Source of the DNA: Candidatus Levyibacteriota bacterium
GTDB taxonomy: Bacteria > Patescibacteriota > Microgenomatia > Levybacterales > UBA12049
Assembly (NCBI GenBank): GCA_041906785.1
Contig: JAYRIM010000012.1
Coordinates: forward strand, 1-55,330
Reading direction: 5' to 3'
Length of the DNA stretch: 55,330 nucleotides
The notes beneath the pieces are model-generated. The model saw nothing but the letters and a program-made list of their open reading frames with translations, was not told where the DNA came from and did no database searches. Position 1 is the stretch's first letter; each line of letters opens with the position of its first letter. A program made the position numbers and the translations under genes. This document shows, piece after piece, positions 19,317 to 27,080 of this stretch.

Positions 19317-19988
19317 ATGGCACAACATCCAAAACTTGAAGTTCAAAAACGCACAGTTTTAGGTAAACAAGTAAAAAAGCTTCGACGCGAAGGGCTCTTA
19401 CCAGCAAATATTTATGGAAAAGAACTTGCTTCAACTGCAGTACAGGTTACATACCCCGAATTTGATGCTGTATTTAAAGAGGTCGGCGAGACAGGCTTAG
19501 TAGATGTGATGCTTGATGGTGAACGTCGCCCAGTTTTAATTAAAAATATTCAGTGGAATTACCGCACACGTAAACCTCTCCATGCTGACTTATATCAAGT
19601 CAACCTTAAGGAAAAAGTGAAAACCATGGTGCCTCTTACTATTACTGGCGAACCAAAGGCAGTCACAGAAAAGCTCGGGGTTCTACTTACGCCACTTTCT
19701 GAAGTAGAAGTTGAAGCGCTTCCAGAGAAACTTCCTGAAAATATCGAAGTTAATGTTGAGCATTTAGCTAACCTTGATGAACAAATTCTCGTAAAGGATC
19801 TCAAAGTATCTGCAGACGTTACAGTACTTACTGACGCAGAACAAATCGTGGCAAAAATAGGCGAAATGATGAAAGAAGAAGAGCCAGCGCCAACTGAAGA
19901 AGAAGTTCAAATGCCTGAAGTTATCGGCGAAAAACCAGCAGAGGGCGAAGAAGCGACTGCTGAAGAGCCAACAGAAGAAAAATCGTAA
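19317..19988 (+). CDS. rplY: 50S ribosomal protein L25 / general stress protein Ctc form with acidic C-terminal tail
   Basis: 'LEVQKRTVLGKQVKKLRREGLLPANIYGK' and 'LHADLYQV', followed by a long E-rich tail. Confidence 0.85.
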   Translation: MAQHPKLEVQKRTVLGKQVKKLRREGLLPANIYGKELASTAVQVTYPEFDAVFKEVGETGLVDVMLDGERRPVLIKNIQWNYRTRKPLHADLYQVNLKEKVKTMVPLTITGEPKAVTEKLGVLLTPLSEVEVEALPEKLPENIEVNVEHLANLDEQILVKDLKVSADVTVLTDAEQIVAKIGEMMKEEEPAPTEEEVQMPEVIGEKPAEGEEATAEEPTEEKS

Positions 19989-20432
19989 TTACTTCCCTAT
20001 TTTATCTAAAAGAATTTTTCCCTGGTAAAAGTTTGGATCAATAGCTAACGCTTGTGTCGTATACTCTCTAGCCTCTTTAACATTCCCAAGCTGATACTCT
20101 AATAAAGCGAGCTGGAAATATCCGTCTCTATATCCCTTATACTTTTCAATATTCTTTTTCCAAATTTCTCGTTTCTGGAGTAACACAGTTTTTTCTTGTC
20201 TTAGCGAGAGTAATGCCGCTCTATTCTTCTGAATATCTGACAGGATAATATGTATTGTAAAAACCAATACCAATGATAATGCAAGCGCATAAACAACAGG
20301 TTGTGTTATTCTGAGCGAAAATAATGTCTCGGGAAAATCTCGGGGAATACTCGGGAATTTAACGTGTATCTTTTTCCATGCTTTAGGCTTGGTTTGCATC
20401 TTTTTAAAAAAATGCCTTAGTTTTTGATACAT
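19989..20432 (-). CDS. Membrane-anchored TPR-repeat protein
   Basis: One TM helix (VVYALALSLVLVFTIHIIL) and a TPR-like 'YFQLALLEYQLGNVKEAREYTTQALAIDPNF'. The start (20432 or 20399) is uncertain. Confidence 0.5.
   Translation of the reverse strand: MYQKLRHFFKKMQTKPKAWKKIHVKFPSIPRDFPETLFSLRITQPVVYALALSLVLVFTIHIILSDIQKNRAALLSLRQEKTVLLQKREIWKKNIEKYKGYRDGYFQLALLEYQLGNVKEAREYTTQALAIDPNFYQGKILLDKIGK
20329..20361. repeat. 3 x 11-nt tandem TCGGGRA array, copy 1
   Basis: The units are tcgggaaaatc | tcggggaatac | tcgggaattta. This is about 80% identical to the array at 24318-24350. Confidence 0.6.
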
Positions 20433-20460
20433 ACGCAGGATACGAATAAGTATACAACGC

Positions 20461-21078
20461 TCAAGTAACTTTAACAAACTCTGCTGTTTTATAAAACTTC
20501 GGATCACTTTCAAATATAATATCTTTTGATTGAACTAGATCAATGTTAATAATTCCATTCATATGATCAATTTCATGTTGGAATACTCTATTTAATCGCT
20601 TCCCTGCTTCACTTTCTGCTTTTGTCTTCCAATATTGTTTTTTACCAGTCTCGTCGAGATATTCAAATTCAATCCAAGCAGGTCTAGCAACAGGAGCAAT
20701 GCATGGATGAGCACTCATACACATTTCGGGATAGAGTAATTGTTCTTTCGACTGTTTTGTGATTTTCGGATTAATAATAATAAATGTTTTTTTCTCATAC
20801 TTTTGTACATGAATGATCGCAAATCGTTCAGGAATTCCTACTTGCACTGCAGCTATGCCAACACCCATACTTGTAAGCTTCCTATAACGCCTGAGGCACC
20901 GTTTAACATAAGCAAGCTTTCTCTGAAAATCTTCAGAGTGAGTGTCTTCAACACGTTTTGATTCCTCACGAAGCATTTGAGAATCACCAATCTGATAGAT
21001 AAAAGAAAATGTTTTGATGATTTCTGAGTATTTCTCTTTTTTAAACTTTCTAAATGGAGGTTTCTGCAGTTTCCACAT
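20461..21078 (-). CDS. def: Peptide deformylase (divergent motif 2, N-terminal extension)
   Basis: Motif 1 'GVGIAAVQVG', motif 2 'EMCMS' (consensus EGCLS, Cys retained) and motif 3 'HEIDHMNG'. Confidence 0.8.
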   Translation of the reverse strand: MWKLQKPPFRKFKKEKYSEIIKTFSFIYQIGDSQMLREESKRVEDTHSEDFQRKLAYVKRCLRRYRKLTSMGVGIAAVQVGIPERFAIIHVQKYEKKTFIIINPKITKQSKEQLLYPEMCMSAHPCIAPVARPAWIEFEYLDETGKKQYWKTKAESEAGKRLNRVFQHEIDHMNGIINIDLVQSKDIIFESDPKFYKTAEFVKVT

Positions 21079-21082
21079 AGAC

Positions 21083-21178
21083 GAAAAGGGCCCAAGGAGA
21101 CCGAAGAGCCAAAAGGGCCAGATGTGGTTTTACCCCTTTGTCTCATTTGTCTCTTGTGGCTCATTGGGCCCCTTTATC
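21083..21178. repeat. Structured repeat, copy 2; overlaps the 3' end of valS
   Basis: It contains 'aagggcccaaggagaccgaagagccaaaagggcc ... cccctttgtctcatttgtctcttgtggctcattgggccc'. The outer gggccc...gggccc arms are complementary. It shares words with 18655-18745. The last ~16 codons of valS (LIKGPNEPQETNETKG) are encoded by it. Confidence 0.6.
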
Positions 21179-23385
21179 AGAGGCCAGGATTCTATCATAA
21201 TTGACTCTTTATGGTCTATAATTTTCTGATAGAGTTCTTCAGTGACAAACGGCATGAACGGATGTAATAATATTAAGGACATTTGGAGCAGATATTCCAG
21301 CGCTGGCTGTGCTTCCTCTCTTCTCTGTTTTGATTGCTCAATATAAATGTCCGCAAAGTCATGCCAAACGAAATTATATAGCTTCTCTGTAGCCAAATGC
21401 AGGTTAAATTGTTCAATGTCTTTTGTGACATCAGTAATTAATACCTGGAGTTTTGTTAGAATCTCTCGATCATTGTCATGCTGAGCAGCGCGAAGCATCT
21501 TTTCATAAGATTCTTCACTCCGTTCAGAATGACTAATCTCTAAACCTTCAGGCTTTAATTCTAAAACATATCGCGCTATATTGCGAAGTTTTGTACCAAA
21601 ATTACGGAAATTTTTACAACGCTCATCCATAGTTTGTCGTGATGCTTTTCCGTCTCTTCCAGGGGCTGAATAGGTATATAAAGCCATTCGTGTCGCATCT
21701 GTTCCCCATTGCTCACGAAGTACATTCGGATCTATACCATTCCCTAACGATTTTGAAAACTTTCGTCCTTGAAGGTCCCTAATCATGCCATGGAAAAACA
21801 TATTTGTAAAAGGAATGCTATCAGCAAAATACAGACCCAGCATTATCATACGAGCTATCCATAAGTATTTAATTTCAGGAGCTGAAATTTCAAAAGACCA
21901 TGGGTAATACCTTTCAAGCTCAATATTTTTTTCGGGTTTACCCCGCGAAGTCCCGCTCAGCGGGACGGAGTGGGGCCATCCGAGTGTTGCTAGCGGCCAC
22001 ATACCAGAAGAAAACCAAGTATCAAGTACTTGGTCATCTTGTACCCAATGATGTTCCCCGCAGGTTTGGCAAACATGGTGTGGCTTTTCAAGCGATACAA
22101 CCATATCTTTATCTTTACCCACAGCTTTTCCGGAATTGCATTTGTCGCAATACCACACTGGAATACGATGCCCCCACCAAAGCGAGCGGGAAATAGACCA
22201 ATCATGAATATGCTCTAACCACTCACGAATAATTGTTTCGTAGTTTTTAGGGATAAAGTTTATTTTTTTAAGATTAACTAACGCCTTCTCTGCTAAAGGT
22301 TGCATTTTTACAAACCACTCTTCAGAAATGAGTGGTTCAACAGTAGTTTTACATCGTTCACAGACAGGGACTGAATGGACATATGCTTCTTCTTTTTCAA
22401 GTAATCCTTGCTCACGAAGTAATGCTGCTGCTTTCTCTCTCGCCTCAGCGATTTTTAATCCTGCTAATTCTGGGTGCAAATCAGTAATTCTACCTTCTTT
22501 ATTAACCACATGGAGAATTGAAAGTCCATGAGTTTTTCCTATTTCGTAATCGAGAATATCATGTCCCGGAGTAATTTTTAACGCTCCTGTACCAAACTCT
22601 TTTTCAACACGTTCATCTTCAATGATAGGAATTTTAGTCTGCGTGAAAGGATTTATGGCAAACTTGCCAATAAACTTTTTATATTTTGGATGATTTTTAT
22701 ATATTGCGATTGCCACATCAGCGGCTATCGTTTCAGGCCTTGCTGTTGCAATAGTTATAAACTCTTGCGTATTTTCAATAGCATATCGTATATAAAAAAG
22801 CGTCTCTTTTCGCTCCTGATATTCCATTTCTACATCTTCAATCGCCGTTCCGCATTTTGGACACCACTGAACAATATAAGCGCCTTTATACAATAACCCT
22901 TCCTCCCAAAACTTTTTAAATTCAGCAAATACCGCCTCTTGCACTTTTTCTTCTAACGTAAAGACTTCATGTGACCAATCAGCAGAAACACCCATTACTG
23001 TCCAGGTATTATGAAATGACGTATACACCTCGTCTTTAAATTGCCAAGCACGCTTTAGCCATTCTTCTCTCCCCAATTTTTGTTTCGTTAAACCTTCTTT
23101 GGCAAGTTTTTTATTCAATGTTCCTTCAAATTGAATGCCTGCATGATCAACTCCTGGTAGAAGGAGAACGTCATACCCTTGGAGTCTTTTAAAACGAGCA
23201 ATCGCATCAAGAATAGCATGTTGCATCGCATGGCCAAGATGCAATTCTCCAGTTAAATTCGGCGGAGGCATAAGAAGAGAGTATGGCTTTTTATCAGAAA
23301 GTGGATCTGCCTTAAAGTACCCCTTTTCTTCCCATCTTTTATATGTTTCAGCTTCACTCACTGTATTAATAGAATTCTTATCCAT
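21130..23385 (-). CDS. valS: Valine--tRNA ligase (short form lacking the long C-terminal coiled coil; carries in-frame palindromic inserts)
   Basis: 'PPPNLTGELHLGHA' (HIGH), 'WSISRSLWWGHRIPVWYC', 'DTWFSSGMWP' and 'KFSKSLGN' (KMSKS). Confidence 0.9.
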   Translation of the reverse strand: MDKNSINTVSEAETYKRWEEKGYFKADPLSDKKPYSLLMPPPNLTGELHLGHAMQHAILDAIARFKRLQGYDVLLLPGVDHAGIQFEGTLNKKLAKEGLTKQKLGREEWLKRAWQFKDEVYTSFHNTWTVMGVSADWSHEVFTLEEKVQEAVFAEFKKFWEEGLLYKGAYIVQWCPKCGTAIEDVEMEYQERKETLFYIRYAIENTQEFITIATARPETIAADVAIAIYKNHPKYKKFIGKFAINPFTQTKIPIIEDERVEKEFGTGALKITPGHDILDYEIGKTHGLSILHVVNKEGRITDLHPELAGLKIAEAREKAAALLREQGLLEKEEAYVHSVPVCERCKTTVEPLISEEWFVKMQPLAEKALVNLKKINFIPKNYETIIREWLEHIHDWSISRSLWWGHRIPVWYCDKCNSGKAVGKDKDMVVSLEKPHHVCQTCGEHHWVQDDQVLDTWFSSGMWPLATLGWPHSVPLSGTSRGKPEKNIELERYYPWSFEISAPEIKYLWIARMIMLGLYFADSIPFTNMFFHGMIRDLQGRKFSKSLGNGIDPNVLREQWGTDATRMALYTYSAPGRDGKASRQTMDERCKNFRNFGTKLRNIARYVLELKPEGLEISHSERSEESYEKMLRAAQHDNDREILTKLQVLITDVTKDIEQFNLHLATEKLYNFVWHDFADIYIEQSKQRREEAQPALEYLLQMSLILLHPFMPFVTEELYQKIIDHKESIMIESWPLIKGPNEPQETNETKG
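21475..21533. repeat. 59-nt imperfect palindrome in frame inside valS
   Basis: The arms are gtcatGctgaGcAgCgCgaagCatctt (21475-21501) and aagattcttcactccgttcagaatgac (21507-21533), which is the reverse complement of gtcatTctgaAcGgAgTgaagAatctt. It encodes 'SHSERSEESYEKMLRAAQHD'. Confidence 0.65.
21941..21975. repeat. 35-nt G+C-rich palindrome in frame inside valS
   Basis: The structure is ccccgc-gaa-gtcccgc-tca-gcgggac-gga-gtgggg. It encodes 'HSVPLSGTSRGKP' exactly where my recalled E. coli ValRS sequence has no residues (after 'TLGWP'). Confidence 0.65.
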
Positions 23386-23526
23386 ATGATGAATTGCTGT
23401 ATTGTTTTATTGTTGTATTGCTAAACGCAAATAACAATATAGCAATTTCTGAAACTGATTCTACCACAGCCTCAGATTTAGTTCAATTGCATTGAGTTCT
23501 ATATTCACGTTGTTTATACTAAAAAC

Positions 23527-24327
23527 ATGCAGGAAAACATTGAAACTAATGTCACTGAAGCTACTGTAGGAAAAGATTCTCTGAGAAAATTAAAGATTTC
23601 TCATTTTTTGGGAATAGTAATAATCTTTTTTTTGTTTTTCCTTTTTATATTTTATTACAATTTTAGTACTGATAACTCTAGAAGAAGCTTACGGAGAATA
23701 TCACCTTCAGATTCAAAACCAACTCCGACACCTACACATTCCATTAAAAAGCTTTTTACTGTATTTGAGTTACCAAAAGGTTGGACTAAAAAAATGTATT
23801 CTCAAGATGTTGATTATTATAAAGAAGGTTTTCCTGGATCGTCCTGTCTTCCTGAACAATGTCTATTTTTTGAAAGTAAAAAATACATTCATGAAGAAAA
23901 TACATACTATTCATCTCCTTATAAAGAAGGCAGGCTCATGGGGTTTGCTAATTTTATCTCAGCAAGAAATTTTTTAAGCAATTCTGTAAGTGGTCTCAAT
24001 GAAAACAATTTTTATCAATTATTTCTTGAAAGATTTCCTGAAACTACTCCTTACCCATCGACTGAATGTGGTCCCATACATATCAGAGAAAAGCCTCAAA
24101 AGGTAGTTCTGGGAAATTATCAAACAATTCTTTCAATTACACACCCCCTTTGCAACTATGAAGCTGACTCTGTAACCTATATACAAGAAGGCTATTATTT
24201 GCTTTTAGATGAAAGCACTATTTTAGCCATATACTTAAATTACGATAAAGCATCTCCTATATCTCCTCCTGAAAAGAATAGATTTCTAGAAGCACTTTCC
24301 ACTCTAAAGATAAATAATCGGGAATAA
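23527..24327 (+). CDS. Membrane-anchored hypothetical protein
   Basis: One N-terminal TM helix (FLGIVIIFFLFFLFIFYY) and a PT-rich linker. No recognisable motif. Confidence 0.4.
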   Translation: MQENIETNVTEATVGKDSLRKLKISHFLGIVIIFFLFFLFIFYYNFSTDNSRRSLRRISPSDSKPTPTPTHSIKKLFTVFELPKGWTKKMYSQDVDYYKEGFPGSSCLPEQCLFFESKKYIHEENTYYSSPYKEGRLMGFANFISARNFLSNSVSGLNENNFYQLFLERFPETTPYPSTECGPIHIREKPQKVVLGNYQTILSITHPLCNYEADSVTYIQEGYYLLLDESTILAIYLNYDKASPISPPEKNRFLEALSTLKINNRE

Positions 24328-24350
24328 TTCGGGGAATGCTCGGGGATTAT
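24318..24350. repeat. 3 x 11-nt tandem TCGGGRA array, copy 2
   Basis: The units are tcgggaataat | tcggggaatgc | tcggggattat. The array spans the two convergent stop codons at 24325-24327 and 24347-24349. Confidence 0.6.
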
Positions 24351-25663
24351 TCTGTCTTATTTACTAATTGATAGCCTCGTGTACGAATGGTTTTAATTTC
24401 ATAATTGCTATTTTGCTGTCGTAATTTTGTACGCACTCGTGCTATTAAGCGATCAATCGCCCAGTCAGAGATTCCGAAATCTTTTGATTCTGGCCACACA
24501 GCTTCAATGATATCTTCCCGTTCACAAATCGCATCTTTATGTGCCTCAAGCACTGTAAAAAGTGCATGTTCTTTCCTGCTAAAGTGAACGCTGTTTTGTT
24601 GACCTTGTAACATTGTCTCAGCCTGTTGACCAATATATTGTTGAAAAAGTGGACTAAAAACGCAGATTCTTCCTTGTTTCTCCTTTAAAAAACCTGTCTG
24701 CCATAGATATTCCCCCTCTTTCTTGTCATCTTCCTCAATTGGTAATCCTATTGATGCTTTATGAAGAATTGTTTTCTCTTTTTCTGTCAAACTATCCCAT
24801 AACTCTTCTGACTGTAACGTAATTCTCTCGTCCTGAGCAAGTAAGTCAAAAAGTTCTTGCATGTTTTTCGGTAATTGATCTTTATTCTCATAGAGAATAA
24901 TGAGGCTTAGCTGGAGATATTGGACATAGCCATTTACTACATCAAGTATCGCTTCATGGAGAGGTTCTGCAAGAGTAAGATTATACCGCTCTCTATAGGT
25001 GTTATAAATTGTTTCCATATCAGATCGATGAGCCAAGTTCATATATATATTTTTACAAAACAAAGATAGTGAGGCTCGAGAAAATACAGAAGGAGCTAAC
25101 TGATCAAGACTTCTATAACTTGTGAAAACATAAGATATTTTTTGGTGAGTCCAATCTTTTAATCCTTGTAGATTATCGAAAAAAGAAGGCGTTACCACAT
25201 CGCTCATACGGTCAAACCGAATAAAGAAAAGGGTCGGCACAAATCCGGCATTCACAATCTTCATTAACACGGTTCGAAGGCTATCAAGCGTTAGGAAGTG
25301 ATCCTGAACCTGGATTGTTTTTAGGAAGAGTTGCTCAATATCTTCTTTTTCCTCTTCAGAAATATCTGTTTTCTCTACACTATCAACTATACGTTTCAGG
25401 GTTAATGTCCAGAAAGGAAAAATATCTCTTTCAATAAGATCGTTTAAATCAATCGGTACGAAAAGATGTTTTTCTTTTTCACTAATATATGTTGGAACAA
25501 TATTTTTATGATTCAGAAAAAAACGGAGAAAGTTACTTATACCAACACGCTTCATACCAATGATGTCTACAGACTCTCTTCGCTGAAGAAAGGTTCCAAG
25601 AGTTTTTGCATCCTGTTCGCGGAAGCGCAACGGATACTGGGATTCTATAATTGTTGGGATCAT
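24347..25663 (-). CDS. ATPase-like N-domain fused to a C-terminal OmpR/PhoB-type winged-helix DNA-binding domain (orphan regulator, no receiver domain)
   Basis: The C-terminus 'SRKEHALFTVLEAHKDAICEREDIIEAVW......DWAIDRLIARVRTKL......IKTIRTRGYQL' matches the trans_reg_C pattern. The N-terminus has a degenerate P-loop 'IIGMKRVGISNFLRF' and a Walker-B-like 'LFFIRFDR'. Confidence 0.6.
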   Translation of the reverse strand: MIPTIIESQYPLRFREQDAKTLGTFLQRRESVDIIGMKRVGISNFLRFFLNHKNIVPTYISEKEKHLFVPIDLNDLIERDIFPFWTLTLKRIVDSVEKTDISEEEKEDIEQLFLKTIQVQDHFLTLDSLRTVLMKIVNAGFVPTLFFIRFDRMSDVVTPSFFDNLQGLKDWTHQKISYVFTSYRSLDQLAPSVFSRASLSLFCKNIYMNLAHRSDMETIYNTYRERYNLTLAEPLHEAILDVVNGYVQYLQLSLIILYENKDQLPKNMQELFDLLAQDERITLQSEELWDSLTEKEKTILHKASIGLPIEEDDKKEGEYLWQTGFLKEKQGRICVFSPLFQQYIGQQAETMLQGQQNSVHFSRKEHALFTVLEAHKDAICEREDIIEAVWPESKDFGISDWAIDRLIARVRTKLRQQNSNYEIKTIRTRGYQLVNKTE

Positions 25664-25743
25664 GCCGATATTTTACCTTATTTTATCTATTTCTCAAAAT
25701 GATTCTTGCTACAAAGATGCATTGTGTATACAATATTTCAGGT

Positions 25744-27078
25744 ATGTTTAAAAATGTAAATGAGCTAAAACTTACCTTTAAAGATAATCTTACATTTCAT
25801 GATCCTAAAATTACTATTCACAATCCCCAAGCCATAACCCCTGAATTAGTAGACAAATTAACATATACCCTCGTTTTTAGTACTGATGATTCACTAAAAG
25901 CGACAATTCGACGGATAATTCATGAACTGGCAAAACTAAATGAAAGTCCTTCCTCATCAATTAGGCCGCTATACACAGCGATAGGGAAAGGTCAGGTAAA
26001 AGGCTTTACCGTACCAGCTATGAATATTCGCATGATGACCTATGATACCGCTCGAGTTATGTTCCGAGTAGCCAAGAAAAAAAGAGCAGCGGCATTCATC
26101 ATTGAGATCGCCAGAACTGAAAGCGAATATACCCTTCAACCCCCCGATGAATTTGCAACCGTTATACTTGCAGCAGCTATACGAGAAAATTATCGTGGAC
26201 CTGTATTTATTCAAGGCGACCATTGTCAATTTAATGCCAAACAATATCTCATTGATAAAGAACATGAACTACAAAGAATTAAAGATTGGGTTACACTACT
26301 TTTACATGCAGACTTTCGAAATATTGACATCGACGGATCAACGCTTGTTGACTTAACTAAACCCTCTCTCCTATCTCAGCAGAAAGATAATGCTTATGTC
26401 ACTGCAGAAATGACGAAATTTATTCGTTCTCACGAAAAGAAAGGCGGCTACGTGGCAATAGGTGGAGAAATCGGCCATATCGGAGATAAGAACAGCACTG
26501 TGGAAGAATTTGAAGCATTTATGCATCAATACATTAATAAAGTTGCACGAGGAAGTGGAATCAGCAAAGTAAGCGTCCAGACTGGTACAAGCCATGGAGG
26601 GGTCATTAGCACTGCTGGAAAAGTACAAACAATGCCTGTTGATTTTTCCGTTTTAACTAATATAGGAAAAGTCGCGAAAGAAAAGTATAACCTGGCTGGG
26701 CCGGTCCAACATGGAGCATCAACACTCCCGATGGATGTTTTCCATACGTTTGTACAGTCTCACACTGTAGAAATCCATTTATCAACTGGTTTTCAGAATA
26801 TAGTTTTTGAAACAATGCCAAAAGAATTACGTGACGAAATATATCATTGGGCAAAAAAACAATTAAAATCAGAATGGCAGACTGGTTGGACAGAAGATCA
26901 ATTTTTATATAAAGTCCGAAAGAAGACCTGGGGGCCATTTAAAAAACATTTATGGCAGCTTTCAGATGCTGAAAAACAACCAATTATCCATGCACTTGAA
27001 GAATATCTTGAAAACATATATGATCAACTCAACATTACTGGGACAGAAGACATTGTGAAACAATATTTATCCAAGTAA
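25744..27078 (+). CDS. fba: Class II (metal-dependent) fructose/ketose-bisphosphate aldolase family, long form
   Basis: 'FTVPAMNIRMMTYDTARVMFRVAKKKRAAAFIIEIARTE', 'IQGDHCQ', 'IDGS', 'GGEIGHIGD' and 'TGTSHGG'. The ATG at 25744 is preferred over the upstream ORF start. Confidence 0.75.
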   Translation: MFKNVNELKLTFKDNLTFHDPKITIHNPQAITPELVDKLTYTLVFSTDDSLKATIRRIIHELAKLNESPSSSIRPLYTAIGKGQVKGFTVPAMNIRMMTYDTARVMFRVAKKKRAAAFIIEIARTESEYTLQPPDEFATVILAAAIRENYRGPVFIQGDHCQFNAKQYLIDKEHELQRIKDWVTLLLHADFRNIDIDGSTLVDLTKPSLLSQQKDNAYVTAEMTKFIRSHEKKGGYVAIGGEIGHIGDKNSTVEEFEAFMHQYINKVARGSGISKVSVQTGTSHGGVISTAGKVQTMPVDFSVLTNIGKVAKEKYNLAGPVQHGASTLPMDVFHTFVQSHTVEIHLSTGFQNIVFETMPKELRDEIYHWAKKQLKSEWQTGWTEDQFLYKVRKKTWGPFKKHLWQLSDAEKQPIIHALEEYLENIYDQLNITGTEDIVKQYLSK

Positions 27079-27080
27079 CT

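Noticed and set aside
20853-21229. ORFs 20853-21164 (-) and 21014-21229 (+) as genes
   Set aside because: Both are generated by the palindromic repeat at 21083-21178 and overlap def and valS. They have basic low-complexity translations and no independent support.
23386-23526. A T-box riboswitch upstream of valS
   Set aside because: The spacer is only 141 nt and is shared with a divergent gene. It has no T-box consensus (AANNNGGGTGGTACCGCG-like) and no specifier-loop architecture. Only a simple hairpin is present.
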